Below, piece by piece: positions 13,470 through 27,150 of a DNA stretch of 64,000 nt. This DNA comes from Felis catus. Lineage: Eukaryota. Every line of letters begins with the position of its first letter. Position 1 is the stretch's first letter. Where the stretch lies: assembly GCF_018350175.1 (NCBI RefSeq), contig NC_058368.1, positions 135,472,001 to 135,536,000 on the forward strand. Reading direction: 5' to 3'. Position numbers and translations under genes: made by a program. The notes under the pieces are model-generated. The model saw only the letters and a list, made by a program, of their open reading frames with translations. It was not told the DNA's origin and did not search any database.

Positions 13470-13692
13470 TTTTCTTTCTTTTAAATGTTTGCTTATTTAT
13501 ATTGAGAGAGAGAGAGAGAAGCATGCATGTGAATAGGGGAGGGGCAGAGAGAGAGAGAGAGAGAATCCCAAGCGGACTCTATGCTTTCAGCGCAGAGCTC
13601 AACTCAGGACTCGATCCCACGAACCGTGAGATCAGGACCTGAGCTGAAATCAAGAGCCAGATGCTCAGCCAACTGAACCACCCAGGTGCCCC
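13470..13692 (-). mobile_element. Can-SINE (inserted in a MIR)
   Basis: Full reverse body; TSD ctgtcatccttgtttt/ctgtcagcctcatttt. Confidence 0.93.
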
Positions 13693-13722
13693 TGTCAGCC
13701 TCATTTTAAAAAGAAGCAAACT

Positions 13723-13902
13723 GGGGCGCCTGGGTGGCTCAGTTGATTGAGCATCCAACTCTCGGTTTCAGCTCAACTCGTGATCTCATGTTTTCCTGAG
13801 TTCCAGCCCCACACCGGGCTCTAAGCTGACAGTACGGAGCCTGCCTGGGTTTCTCTCTCCCTCTCTCTCTGCCCCTCCCCCTGCTGGTGCTGTCTCTGTC
13901 AA

Positions 13903-13937
<35 letters not shown>
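13723..13937 (+). mobile_element. Can-SINE with (AAAT)n tail
   Basis: Full body; TSD agaagcaaact on both sides. Confidence 0.95.
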
Positions 13938-15650
13938 GAGAAGCAAACTAAGACTGCAGAGAGATTGAGAAAGTTGCCCGAGACCACAGATCCAGCAAGA
14001 GGAAAAACCAGAATTCAAGTTCAGGTCCGCAGACTCTAAGTCTGTCCAGTGACCTCAGCGATGCTGTCAGTTCCCACTCTCTGGAAGCTGCCAAAGGCCT
14101 CTGAGCAGAGGTTGTGACTGGCATTGACAGAGGATGGGGAGGTACTGTGGGAACTGCAGAGGGAAGGGCGTTGAAGGAACTCTCTTCACATGCACATCTG
14201 GCTAAGTGGGCTGACAGACCAACTCCTTTCCCTGTGCCTCAGCTCTGCCAACTGTGCAATGAAAGACCAAAATAGTTGCCACCTACCCCTCAGCTTGTTC
14301 CCAAGAATGAGATAAGAGCTCTCAGCTATTATGTAAGAAGCACTTTTCTTTCCAAACCCTCCACTTGCTGGATAGTCTGAAAGACTCCGAATCTTACAAA
14401 AGCCGGGGTTCGCCCTTACTGGCTTGAAATGATTGCAATGGTCACCCGGCTCTCCCATTCTGACCTCCATCCCCTCCCCTGGCCCTAAAATCAACAAGCT
14501 GGGAACTCAAAGTTCAAAGCATGCTTCCAAAATATGTGCATTTCAGAAACTCCATTTGTTCCTGCAGAGTACTCGACTGGAGAATTTTTCTGATAGCTCA
14601 GTTGGACACATTTTGAGGTGTTTCTCAGATTCCACTCTCGCTCTGTACTTCACAGGCCCTGAAGGCATATGCTGTAGGCTCTGCCTGCTGAGTAACTAGC
14701 AGGAGGCCTGTCACACCTATTTTGTAAGCTGAGAAGGGCTGTATCAAGAGCCTCATCTTATAATTAAGACTCTTGTGGAGTTTAGTTGGTCTCATCTCAT
14801 GAACAGAGAGAAATGCTCGGGTTCAGCATTAGTCAACGACCAAACATTGCAGAGAACACATAAGTGTTCCAGAGTCAAAGTGAGCAATAAAAGATTGATT
14901 TTCTTTTGTTTCCTTTTCTTGGCTTTGGGTCTCAGAAATATGGCCAGTTTCCCCTTTCCCCGACCTCTCCTTGTGGGTGTTTGTTTATTAATGCAATGGA
15001 GTGACACCCAGAGAGCCCTACCCTTGCTCTGAAGTTCTGATTGTAACGGAAACAGTAGCAGGGGTGAAGTGTCACTGTGGTTATCTAATGATCAAGGACA
15101 GCATGCCTGAGAGAGAGAGAGCAGCCAGGTCTCCGGCTGTCACCACATGGTTCATTCTGCCTCTACTCTCACTGCCCTGCCAGTGACTAATTGATCTGTG
15201 AAAGCCCTTGGAGGTACTTTGAGTGAGAAAGACACATTATATCTGCTCACAACAAATCCTCAGAGGGAAAAAAAAAAAAAAAACGTTTCATGCACAAATT
15301 TCTCTGCTTGACTCTTTCTCCCATTCATTTCCCTACTAAGTCTTCAGCACCCAAAGAATTAAGTAGATGGGGAAAAAAAAAATTCTTCTCGTGGTCAGTT
15401 CCCGCCAAACAGAGATTGGCACATAAAGAAAGGAAACCAGAATCGATAGTAAAAATGAAGGAAAGAAAAGTAGGCAGTAAAGATGGAAAGTGGTTCTGTG
15501 GCCTTGAAGCCACTATATTTAAGACAATTACCAGATCTCAAAGTCAACATGTTCTGTTTCGACCACTGACCAGTAATGAGGATAACTCATAAAAAAGGCA
15601 GAATCCTGTAGTGCAGCTTCCTGGCAACTTCATTTAACACACTACATTCT

Positions 15651-15887
15651 TTTTTTTTTTTTTTTTTTAATTTTTTTTTTTCAACGTTTTTTATTTATTT
15701 TTGGGACAGAGAGAGACAGAGCATGAACGGGGGAGGGGCAGAGAGAGAGGGAGACACAGAATCGGAAACAGGCTCCAGGCTCCGAGCCATCAGCCCAGAG
15801 CCTGACGCGGGGCTCGAACTCACGGACCGCGAGATCGTGACCTGGCTGAAGTCGGACGCTTAACCGACTGCGCCACCCAGGCGCCCC
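15651..15887 (-). mobile_element. Very young felid Can-SINE
   Basis: CpG-intact body, long tail, perfect 17-bp TSD ttaacacactacattct (15634-15650 / 15888-15904). Confidence 0.98.
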
Positions 15888-15922
15888 TTAACACACTACA
15901 TTCTAATAGACTAAATTTTTAC

Positions 15923-16118
15923 CTCCAGCAACCAATCGAATATTTCTATACATAGATTCAAAAGTGCTGTCGGTCTGTTGTAAATTCATCCTCCCAAATG
16001 TACCAAAGGGTTTATTTGAGACGTCTTGCTCCCCAACTGTGGATGCGACTTGCATTTTGGCTTTCTGATTCAGCTTCTGCCTCTAGTGCATTTGCTTTTC
16101 AAAAAGAGTTTGCCAGGG
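15923..16118 (-). other. Candidate 196-nt exon of a - strand transcript
   Basis: Acceptor ccaactctttctgcag|CCC and donor GAG|gtaaaa; all frames are closed at the 5' end, but ATG at 16055 opens a 44-codon frame to the donor. Confidence 0.3.
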
Positions 16119-16759
16119 CTGCAGAAAGAGTTGGAGGAATATTGATAAGAATACTGGGCTTTTATCAAAAGCTTCTTCTCGTAAGTGAACTTGGCCCACA
16201 CTCAGAGTTCTTCCCCTGTTGCTGACTGATCCCAAGGTACCCTTGGGTAAAAGCCAGTCAAGTCATTCTTGGGCCTTTTGCACATGCCTGTGTTAAGCAC
16301 TTTGGACATCTGGGATAAGGAGGCTGTATTCATTCCTTTATTCACTCAGTCAGTATTTATTAGGTATCTGAAATGTGCCAGACTCACAAGTAGAACTTAT
16401 TTTTTCATCACTAATTGTCACATATGGTCTGCAGAAATAACTGGTCCATTTTTCTTGAAACAGTATGCCACAAGACAGTGGATGGAAGATCTATTCTTCC
16501 CCCTTCTTCACAGCCTCTAAGGTAAGTTCCACAGGGGAAGAGTTCTGGAGCATTGAGCCAACTGCTAACTACATCGAATTGCTTTGGTAACACCTATTCC
16601 ATTGGCTTAAATCTGATACAACACAGGATAACACATAGCTTTCCAGAACCACACACACCCAGAACCCATGTAAGTGCAACCTCACTTAGGATATTTTCTA
16701 AAATACCTACCTATGCAGCAGAGAATTTTCTAAATGACTTTTAAAGACATTTGAAGGTT

Positions 16760-17190
16760 GGGGCGCCTGGATGGTTCAGTCAGTTGAGCGTCCAACTTCA
16801 GCTCAGGTCGTGATCTCACGGTTCATAGGTTCGAGCTCCACATCGGGCTGCGTGCTGACAGCTCAGAGCCTGGTGCCTGCTTCGGATTCTGTGTCTCCCT
16901 CTCTCTCTGCCCCTCCCATGCTCACTCTCTGTCTCTCTCTCCCTCAAAATAAATAAACATTAAAAAAAAAAAAGATGAGGGGCGCCTGGGTGGTCAGTTG
17001 GTTGAGCGTCTGATTTTAGCTCAGGTCGTGATCTCACAGTCCATGAGTTTGGGCCCCGCGCCGGGCTCTGTGCTGACAGCTCAGAGCCTAGAGCCTGCTT
17101 CAGATTCTGTCTCCCTCTCTCTCTGCCCCTCCCCTGCTCATGCTCTGTCTCTCTCTCTCTGTCAAAAATAAATAAACATTAAAAAAAAAG
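16760..17190 (+). mobile_element. Two tandem Can-SINEs (16760-16975, 16979-17190)
   Basis: Two ggggcgcctgg heads, each with a CT tract and A tail; the second starts in the tail of the first. Confidence 0.95.
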
Positions 17191-20100
17191 ATTAAAGACA
17201 TGTGTAACTTATTCTCCCACTCTTTTCTGGGCTCTCTCAATCACCAGAGGTAACCAAGCAGACTCAACATCAGAAACCCATCAAAATTATAGGGCTGGTC
17301 TTTTTAACCTTTGAAAATTCAGTCAAATTGCCATCACTCTTGTTCCATAATGTGGGCAAGTATTTCTTGTTCAGCTTCACAGGATTCAAATCTATTTATT
17401 GCTATATAGACAAAATAATACAAGTATAATAAAAAGAAGTTGTATTTGAAGAGCCCTTACTGGTTTATAAAACATGATATAGTTAACAGAAACATTTTCT
17501 CATTTAATCACAGCACTTTAACATTCACTGAACAAACACTTATTAACCCCTTAATAGATTTCCCTGGTGCCTAGCACAACACGTGGTGGATGAAAAATAA
17601 GACAGGGTCTCTGCCCTCAAGAAATCCAGAGTCTACTGGGTAAGAAAGACAAGTCAACAATAACTATGGTATGATATAAGGGCAATAGAGAAATATATTA
17701 CAAAATATTTATATTTTATAAATATAAAAATAGAAGCAAGATAACAGACATTAAGTATTCAACATTAAAAATGGCATTTAGAGGAGCTTGGCTTACTTAT
17801 AAATTCCTAGACATCAGAGATATCTAGGTATATGTGCATAGATAGGAACATAATAAAATATTTTTGACGGTAGTGCACAACAAGGGGTGGAAGCTATTCC
17901 GGCAGAAGAGCTGGAGGTGCTAGAGACGGTGATGGTGGTGGATTTTGGAAGAGTTGGGCATTTCTTGGTTAATCAGAACCGATGCCCTTTCCTCTTATGC
18001 CACTGATACCCAGCCAGCCCTGAGACATCTCTCTTCATAGCCCAACAGTCCAGTGGTTCACCGTAGAACTAATATACACGCAACCATAGCAACAGCCACC
18101 ACAAAAATATTAGCAGTGACTGATTATTTGCTAACAGAGCATGTGCGGAAGAACTCACAGCCAGTGGCCCCTTAGAAATGTACCTGAATGTCAAGAAAGC
18201 AAAAAAAAAAGAAGCCCTCTACTCAAGCCTGCTTTTGATTAGTTGAGCACCATGTGCATGAACAGAAGAGGCAACGATAATTTTGAGGAGGGTGAGAAAG
18301 GCAGGCAGGGAGGAAGAAACCAAACACGAATTGAAAGCAGATGACACAAAGCCCCTGGCTCATGTAGCTCCACAAGAATGAGTATTAAGTAAGTTTCTTC
18401 CAGAAGGACAACTATCAGAAAGAGAAAAAAAAAATGGTGGTAATAAATCCTAACAAAAGCCAACAAAAGAAAATGTTGGACAATTTGTTGGACAAATATT
18501 CAGTAAGGCCGATCCACCTCACCGCGTTGTTGTAAAGAACAGCTAATAAAAAAAACTGTCAAGGACACTACATAGAAGAACTAACCAATAATAAGAACAT
18601 TAATAATAAGGGAGGGTCTAGGAATGAAACCAGTTCCATCAAGACCAAAAATGTTGAGCAACCAGCACAGAAATAAAGAAAACAGATATGACCGCCTGGA
18701 GGCGATCCAAACAAACAAGAACCAAAATATTTTTTGCTCTTAATTTTTAAAAAGAAGACAACTTTACAGGGTATAAGACTATAAATAAATATTGGTCAAT
18801 GGGATCTTGCTTTCCCCAGAGGCAGCTCCCTTTGAAATGACTTCCTGGACAGAGGGCATAAGGGAGTTGAAGGCTCCTACTCTCCTCCCTAGAGCTCATG
18901 GTCCAGGACAGGAAGGCTTCCCTCCCCAGTCTTCACCATTTGGGATTGGAAAAAACACTGGAAGGAATCCAAAGCTGTGGTTCATTTCATTCTTTCATTT
19001 CCTGCCTTTGCCAAATGCTTAACAATTACAAACAAATGTTGTCTTCACAAATACTTTCTTCTAGATGAACATTCTGCTCATCTTGGTTGCTTATGTGTAT
19101 GTGACTTGAGAAACACTTTCTAAATCCTCAAGGTGACAGGATTTCCACGTAATGATAATGATTATTTAATGTCATCATCACAATAGGCTGCCTGGGCAAA
19201 TGAAATGCTTGCTGGGTCTAAAGCATTCACTCAAGTGAGGTAAATTAACACTTTCCAGGGTACCAGATTTCCCATTGGGACGCTAAAGAAGGTAATTCAT
19301 TACCCAGGCATTCTCCACCCTCAACACTGCTGTCTAGCAGCAAGTTCTTCACTTGCTTAGCTGTCAGACTTCTCAGCCAGTGTGGGGAAGTCCAAGAGAG
19401 ATAAGAATATGCTGAGAAGGTCCAGGCTGGGTGGATATTTTTAGTCATCTGAAGATAGTTCCGGGTGATAATAGTCCTCATAATGTAACCCACATGAATG
19501 TGGCCCATCTCACCTTTCAAAGCACTTTTATGGCATAAATCATCCCCTTTGATCCTCACAATAATCCCTGAGGTATGCAAAGCAGGTATTATTATAGTTA
19601 GCACCTGGCTATGGCAGCAACAAAGGCATAGACAAATGGCATGGAGTAAGCCTAGAAGACATAGGGAAGCAAGAAAGGGGATACCAGGAAGAGGGGCCAA
19701 ACCCCAAAACCAGTGGCATCAAAAGCATTGGGTGTCTGGGAACAGGACACACAGTTACACGTGGATGGAGAAATGTGAACAGGCTCAGGTGTCTTAATGG
19801 GTAGACTAGATTTAAAAGATGACTATTTCTAAGACCAAAATCAAGAAAGACGGTAACTAAAAGGAACCAAGCAGGTCTGCTATTTGCCAGGTGTCTTCCT
19901 GTAAGATATTAACAGGTTTCATCTTCACAACTAATCTATGCAACATAGATATTATGAACCCATTCTTTACAGATGAGAAAACTGAGGCTCAGAAGAGTGA
20001 TGTTATCTGCCCAAGGCATCATATCTGCTAACTGGAGAAGATGAGATTCAGGGTCTAGGAGAAGGACAAAGCAACAGAGGGCTGGGGGCTCTCAACAGGA

Positions 20101-20806
20101 ATGACTAGCAATCAATGTAGGGCAGCAACCATAAGAGTATCAAGAAAAGAGTTTAAGAATAAGGAACAAGGGCCTCCAGAGCCCTGGATTCTTTGTGTGC
20201 TGCCTGCCCTGGAGGTGTAGCAGAGGCTGGGCTCACACTACCTGCTGAGGAGCCACGTCTGACTGAGTTGGGAGAGGCGGAGTAACAAGCGAGATGATTC
20301 CTGGCACTTATCCCCCTTTTACAGGTGAGGAAACTAAGTCCCAGAGAGGGAAAGTCCCAAAGAAGTGGGAGAGAAGTTGCTTTTCATCTGCCAGAGCAAG
20401 AGGAAGGAGAGAATCTGAAAACACACAAGTCTGGGAGGATGATGAAGGCTGGCAAGAAACCCGCCGCTGGTGAGAAAGCCCAAGATGGCGGAAGAGAGTA
20501 GAATGGTCAGAGCCCAAGGAACAAAATCAGGACTTGAGGTAGTGGGAAAGAATATTCTATCACTTCTGGGTTGTAGTACATTGGACAAGATGCTTCTCTG
20601 AGTTTCATCTGTAAAATGGAGTGATTCTGTGAGAATTAAACACAAAATTCTGAGCACTATTCTTAAGCATTTGAAAAAAGTTTTGATGTTGAGATAGACA
20701 GAATGGTCTCTGGGGACGTTAACACAACAGACAAGGGTAGCATGTGGATTTGGAATGATCTCCTTCTTGGCATTTAGTAAAAAAAAATCTTATTTAAAAT
20801 TCGATG

Positions 20807-21025
20807 GGGCACCTGGGTGGCTCAGTTGGTTAGGCAACCGACTTCGGTTCGGGTCATGATCTAGCAGTTTGTGAGTTCGAGCCCCGCGTCGGGTTCTGTG
20901 CTGACAGCTCGGAGCCTGGAGCCTGCGTCGGATTCTGTGTCTCACTCTCTCTCTGCCCCCTCCCCTGCTCACACTCTGTGTCTCTCTGTCTCTCAATAAT
21001 AAATAAACGTTCAAAAAAAAATTCA
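20807..21025 (+). mobile_element. Can-SINE
   Basis: Full body with aaataaacgttcaaaaaaaa tail. Confidence 0.95.
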
Positions 21026-23603
21026 AAAGATTGTTCTCCAATCCTCATGAATTCAACCTATGTCATAAGCAAGACTTTTGATTCTAGAAAGGTCACTTCT
21101 GTGACCTTTCACTTCCACAAGACTTATATAACATGTTTCTTCTGACAAACTATGAACCATTCTGCTTTAAACAAAGAAGATTCCTCCTGGAGGGAGAATT
21201 AATCAAGGGCAATAACATTCTCCCTGACCCTTATTAGCACATAAGGGTTATATCCAGTAACAGTGCATGAAGACTTCAACCAAACTGCCTACAGCTTCTC
21301 TAAATTGATTTGCCCAAGAGAGCCCATATTCATGTCTGCAGTGACTCCAGGCAGCAAAAAAAGCCATTCCCAAGGAGCCATTGTGGCCATTGTGAGCAGT
21401 GTCATTTGTACAATTAACTACAAAGGTGCTTGGAAATTTTCACTTTACAGGTCTGGAATAATTCAGAGAATCTTACAGTTAGCAAGAACCTTGTGGGCCC
21501 CTGATCTAACCCCCAACTCTAACCCCCCCTCATCAGTTAGCTCCTCCCAGAGGTCTTTATACAGACCCGGGTTTGGGGAAATTATTTCTAGGAAGTGCCC
21601 ACAGGACTCTTGGATATAAATTCACTAGTGCCAGGAGCCACTAAATGACTCATTCAAAATGTCTCCAGTCTCTCTAATCCTCTTATTCTGTTATTATTTT
21701 TGAATGTCCATAGTTTACAATACTGTTTTCTTACACAACCTGCCAGAGCCACCACAAGCTGCTTAGCCTCCTGAACAGTCACGACACCACACATCCTCTT
21801 CCCCCTCCCCCCACCCCCAGGCCCCTCCACGGGCCACAGCACTAGCTCAGCTTCCAAGCACAAACCCAACGTGGGCCGAAGACACTGGCCACAGAGATGA
21901 CCTCTCCTCCCGGCCCTCCCCATTTGCCGAGTGAAGACAGGGCCAGACCAGCCAGACCTGCATCTGGCCCTGGCCCTGCCCGTCAGCCCCATCACCCCAT
22001 CTGGCGACACCATTCCATCACAGGGCATTGCAAGTGGACATCAGTTTACTTTAGATCTGACAAGGAAGGCCGCCTGACTGCCACCAGCTGGGGACAAAAG
22101 GAGGACCCCAACAGTTACAAGCAGCCTGCAGGAAAGCCCAAGAACCTGAAAAGGGCTACAGAATGAAACTTTTGACCTCCCCACTTTGCAGTTGCATGTG
22201 TGATGCGTGGTGCTTCTGCCACGGAGTTAGGTGGGCCTGTGTGGAGCTGTCAAAGTGGGAAGCAAACCCTGGGCTCCAACTGCATCGCATAGGTTAGCCA
22301 GGAAAATGTCACTAACAACACACAGCGGAATTGAAGATTCCAGGTCAGCACAAACTATTTAAATCAAACAGAGTCAGAGCTTGCTCCTCAGTGAGTTTTA
22401 TCTTGCTGTATCTCAGGAGTAGGATAAGGCTTAGTTAACATTTGCTTCAGGTGACTTAGGCGTCACTGAAGTGGAGAAGGGGGGAAACCCACCCAGCTAT
22501 CTCTACCTAAATGCCCCAAAGCAGCCACCGTTTGGCTCAGCTTAATTCACAACGGCAGTAGTGTTTTTTTCTTCTTTTCACGATGAGTGGTTCCCCACAT
22601 GAGAAACAGGGAGAAAGGCCTATAAAGGCTGAGGCCACCAGGGATGCAAGAACCCTGCAACAGAAACCATCCCCCAGAATTTCACCACAAATGAGAAGTG
22701 TTTTTCAGAACACAACCTTGCAAGAAGCTGTATAGGACCTCAAGGTTGCAGGGAACCGGAAGGCTTGTCTGGAGCTCTCCCCGGGGGGGAATGAGCAGCT
22801 GGCTAACTTGGTAACTAGCAGTTCTCTCCTGCCCCCCAGTGCCCTTGGCTGCCCAAAGTCCCCACTGTGCCCCAGACTCCAGATCTTTCCTCCAAATCAC
22901 CTTCTTCTGTGTCCTATTCCCTCAGGGCAAAGCACTGTATTTTCCAAGGTAACACCTAGCTAATCTAATATAATCTAATCTAAAAGAGTTAGTGAGTATT
23001 ATTGGATTAATGTGCTATTACTCCTAGAAAATACAATTTGCATTCTGGAGACACACAGCCTTAAACTAAAGGAGTGGGAATTCCCATTACCCCAGCAAGC
23101 TAGGGACAGAGGCGATTTTTGCAATGGCTGGGAACTCGAAGACCAGATTTAAAAATGGAAAACAGCCCTGCCTATTCCTACAGCTGGGACGGTTTTGAGT
23201 TCCATTGTTTGAAAGTAAACAATCTTTGGCTCCATGTAATCTCTTTCTAACTTTTCCCCACCTCCTCAGTATTGATGTGTTCAGAGGCCCCAGGCTTTCT
23301 TTCCACCTCAGATAATAACAATGTTTGGTAATGCCTGGGCTGTGTACTTCATCAGTTGGGATTTTAGTACTTCCCTAAAAGGAGAAAAAAATACTACCTC
23401 CCCAATTATTTAAAGTATTCACGCCTTACATTTAATTCTTTTTATTTGGGTTTATTTTTGGTCAAAATAAGCCTCTTCAGAGATATGCAAGAATTCTTAG
23501 AAAAAAAAGAGCTGTATATGTACTACATGTCCGTATAATACAGTATATGTTCCACAGGTCTATGTATATATGTATATATGCTACATGTCTATATAATATG
23601 TTC

Positions 23604-23766
23604 TTTTTTTTTTTTTTTTTTTTTTTTTGAGGGACAGAGAATCCCAAGTAGGCTCCACGCTGTCAGTACAGAGCCGGACACAGGGCTCAATCCCACGAAC
23701 CATGAGATCATGACCTGAACCCATATCAAAAGTCAGACACTTAGCCAACTGAGCCACCCAGGTTCC
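23604..23766 (-). mobile_element. Can-SINE with long poly-T and little CT tract, inside a TATG-rich low-complexity patch
   Basis: T25 run, then reverse SINE body to gagccacccagg; flanks share atatgttct. Confidence 0.9.
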
Positions 23767-24049
23767 ACTATATATGTTCTAAACTAATTATACACATTGT
23801 CTCACTGCTCATAACAACCCTGTGAACTAGAAGCTATTATCCCCAATTTTCAAATGAGAAAACTAAGATGCTGAGTCCAATAAATTAGCCAAGATGGTTG
23901 AAAATGATGAAGAAAAGAATCCAAAGCTCTGAGTCCAAAGCTTTTCCTCTTAATCACTATTTTCTCTTACCAGATATGTGAGGGAGGGGGTAGGGGAGAA
24001 GCAACAACACTTCTACTACCTTGAGCTTTTCTACCTTGCAGTACTGAGT

Positions 24050-24232
24050 CAGACATTTTCAAAGTATGGTCCCCAAACAAGCAGCATCAGCATCCCCCAA
24101 GAAACTTGTTAAGAACTGCAAAATCTGGGGCCCACTCCAGACCTAAAGAAACAGAAACTCTGGGGGCAGGTCCCAGCAATTTAACAAGCACTGCACATCA
24201 TTCTAATGAACACTCGGGTTTGAGAACCATTG
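24050..24232. mobile_element. MER5A
   Basis: caaagtatggtccc...gcagcatcagcatc...aacttgttaagaactgcaaaatct...gtttgagaaccattg. Confidence 0.85.
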
Positions 24233-24489
24233 AACTAAGCCATCAATGTAGAATCTTGAAGTTTGAGGAATGGGTCAGCAGTAACTCCTTTTTAATGTCT
24301 AATCCTTGAATAATCCCTTTCAATTAGAAACTTTCACATGATTTTATTATAACTCTACAGAGATGTGAATAAATGAACATTACTGGCACATGCTCAACAG
24401 GTGTGTAAAACTGTAAATGGAAATGAGGTAATCAGTGCAAAAAAAAATAGTTTCTCAAAATCCTATAAGATAGTCTAATAAGACTGAGT

Positions 24490-24705
24490 TTAATTTTTTT
24501 AATGTTTATTTATTTTTGAGAAAGAGAGAGACAGAGTACGAGAGAGGGAGGGGCCAAGAGAGAGAGAGAGACACAGAATCTGAGGCCTGTTCTAGGCTCT
24601 GAGCTGTCAGCACAGAGCCTGATGTGGGGCTCGAACTCAGTAACCACGAGATCATGACCTGAGTAGAAGTCAGACGCTTAATCGACTAAATCACCCAGGC
24701 ACCCC
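24490..24705 (-). mobile_element. Can-SINE
   Basis: Full reverse body; flanks share actgagtttaa. Confidence 0.93.
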
Positions 24706-25440
24706 TAAGAACACTGAGTTTAAAAGCAGTTTAATGAGTATTCTTAAGTTTCAAAAGGGAGGAATGTTTATCTACATTGGCTATACCGAGTCAGATCCCA
24801 TTAGTCTGCTCCCTACTTATACCAAATTACATGGAACACCAAGAAAAGCACCTATTGGCCTCATTTGACTAACATCTATAAACAGCTTGCCTCACCCTTA
24901 CTCTTCACTCTGTGCTGCTTCTTTCTTAAACCAAAATAAGACTGAGAGACCAGCTTTGGCCTGGGAAAAGCCCACCAGTCTGAGGCCTTCCGATAGCTGG
25001 AAAACCTCTGGCTGGCGGACAGGAACAGCCCAGCACACAGGCGCTCCATGCACACCACTGCTTAATGACCCGGGCCTCAGAATAGGCCATTTTCCAGGAA
25101 GCAAGTTCTATACTCAATTTCTCAGACCCCATGAGTCTTCTGTTTCCTTGGAACTTATTCAGTATTAGCTTAGGTGTGCCCTAAATAAAATAGGAAATGC
25201 ATGGACATCAGTATATCTGAAAAAGAAATGATTTGCATCGACTCTCAAACTGAGCCAGAAGTCAGAAGTAGAGGGGGAACTTCCTCCCTGGGGCTGAGTC
25301 AGTAGCCTCAACCTTCTCAGACTGGGGTTAAACAGTTCATGCCCTACAGGGAGGGAGCTGTTCTGGTAGAAAACAAAGTTTGGAGTCTACAGTCAGTCAC
25401 ATTGGCCAGCAGGGCAACTCCAGCTGGGGAACTTGCTAGC

Positions 25441-25654
25441 TTTTTTTTTTTTAATGTTTATTTATTTTTGAGAGAGAAAGACAAAGCACAAGCTGGGGAG
25501 GGGCAGAGAGAGAGGGAGACACAGACTCTGAAGCAGGCTCCAGGCTCCGAGCTGTCAGCCCAGAACCCGAATGCAGGGCTCAAACCCATGAACCATGAGA
25601 TCATGACCTAAGCCGAAGTCAGAGGCTTAATCGACTGAGCCACCCAGGCACTCC
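25441..25654 (-). mobile_element. Can-SINE
   Basis: TSD gaacttgctagctt/gaacctgctagctt. Confidence 0.95.
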
Positions 25655-26001
25655 AGAACCTGCTAGCTTCTAAGTGGTAGTTTCTACCTGTGTGACTTTG
25701 GGAAATATATATATACTTCACCTTCATGAGTCTCAGTTTCCTGAACTGCTTTTTTTTTTTTTTTAATGGGGGATTGTACAGGAAACAGGAGTCATTTCTA
25801 CCAGACATGAAGAGAACTAGGGCATAGGGCATAGTGGCCTATCCTGCCGGGGCTACCTCAGGAGATGCTAAATTAATGTCGGCTCTTTTCCTCTTCCCCT
25901 TTAAAGTGCTGAGGTGGATTTTCACCTGACTCCATGGGAGCCTTAGCCTCAAAGAGCAGTCACCAGGGGTTATATAAACAGGGCTTTATAAACAGGGGTT
26001 A

Positions 26002-26019
26002 AGACCTGTTAACAGGTCT
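26002..26019. repeat. Perfect 18-bp palindrome agacctgttaacaggtct
   Basis: Self reverse-complementary; preceded by two tataaacaggg direct repeats. Confidence 0.95.
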
Positions 26020-26714
26020 CACAACCATATCCCAGGGAACCTGCTATAGGAGTAAGCGGTTTCTCATCTTGAAATAGAGAACAAGGCTGGGATGCCCCAC
26101 ATTGTAGAGGAGGAAGCTATAATCCCCTAGTCTGGGTCAGATCACAGACCTTCCCCTAAGACCCCTGGGGAACCCGCTCCTCCCCACAACTCCTCACAAT
26201 TAAACACGCCTGAAAAACTGATAAAGGAAGCACTAAGTTAATTCCTAAATGTTCGGGGAAATGACACATCAACCAACTACACAGAAGGGAAACACCACAC
26301 TCGTGTCTGGGTATTAAGTTGGAAAACTTACCCACAGACCTTTTTATTTTTCCCGACAGGAGGGAGCCCTCTACTGGCAAGTTAACACTCTGCTAAGAAA
26401 GAGCCCCATTCTGGAGAGTCCTTAGAAGTTGTTTCTTGACTTTAGGGCAGCAAATAATGTAAGTTATTACCGAATAGCTAAGTTTGCATCCATGGTAGGA
26501 ACAGATGCAGGTATGAATTAATGAAGGTTGATGGTATAAAACCCAAATTCCATGTATAAGACTCTCTCAGCTAGCCTGATTACAGCGTACCATAGAAACA
26601 GAGGGGACAAAGAGGTGTAAGAACCTTCCCTCTCCTCCCTAGTACATAGATAGTCTTCTAGAAGTGTTATGTGCAGAGAAATGGCTCCGCCCAGTGTTTG
26701 GGCTGTCAAGACAT

Positions 26715-27150
26715 CCTATCAGACCATTGGGAAGAGACTGCAAACAACCTAAATGGCCACCAAGAGCAGATGGGAAAACAGGTTATTGTACATTAAAACA
26801 ATGGCATGGTACGCAGCTTAAAAAAAAAAAAAAAAACACTGACGAAATTCATTCTATACCCCTTTAGAAAGACTGCCATATCTTTACTTTTTCCCATACC
26901 TTTCAGTTTAAAAAAGAAAAATCAAAGCACGGAAACAATATACATAATACGCTATCATCCGTGTTAAAAGGGTATCTATTTGTGTTTGCTTCTACGTGCA
27001 TAAAGTAAAATATTTCTAGAAGTTTGAACAAGAAACTAACAACAGTGGTTACACTTTGTAGGGAGGTGAGAACTAGAAGAATAATGGACACAGGTGAGGA
27101 GCAGCTTTCGCTTTGTTATATGTTTTGTCCTTTGATGCGGATGTTTTAAT
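26715..27150 (+). mobile_element. Ancient L1M (L1ME-like) 3' remnant
   Basis: caaacaacctaaatggccac...aagaaactaacaacagtggttac, typical of old L1 3' ends. Confidence 0.6.

Noticed and set aside
23510..23602. Short repeats with intervening sequence (ctacatgtc...tataata) as an array
   Set aside because: Low-complexity TATG slippage repeats in a mammalian genome; no constant repeat or spacer length, not CRISPR-like.
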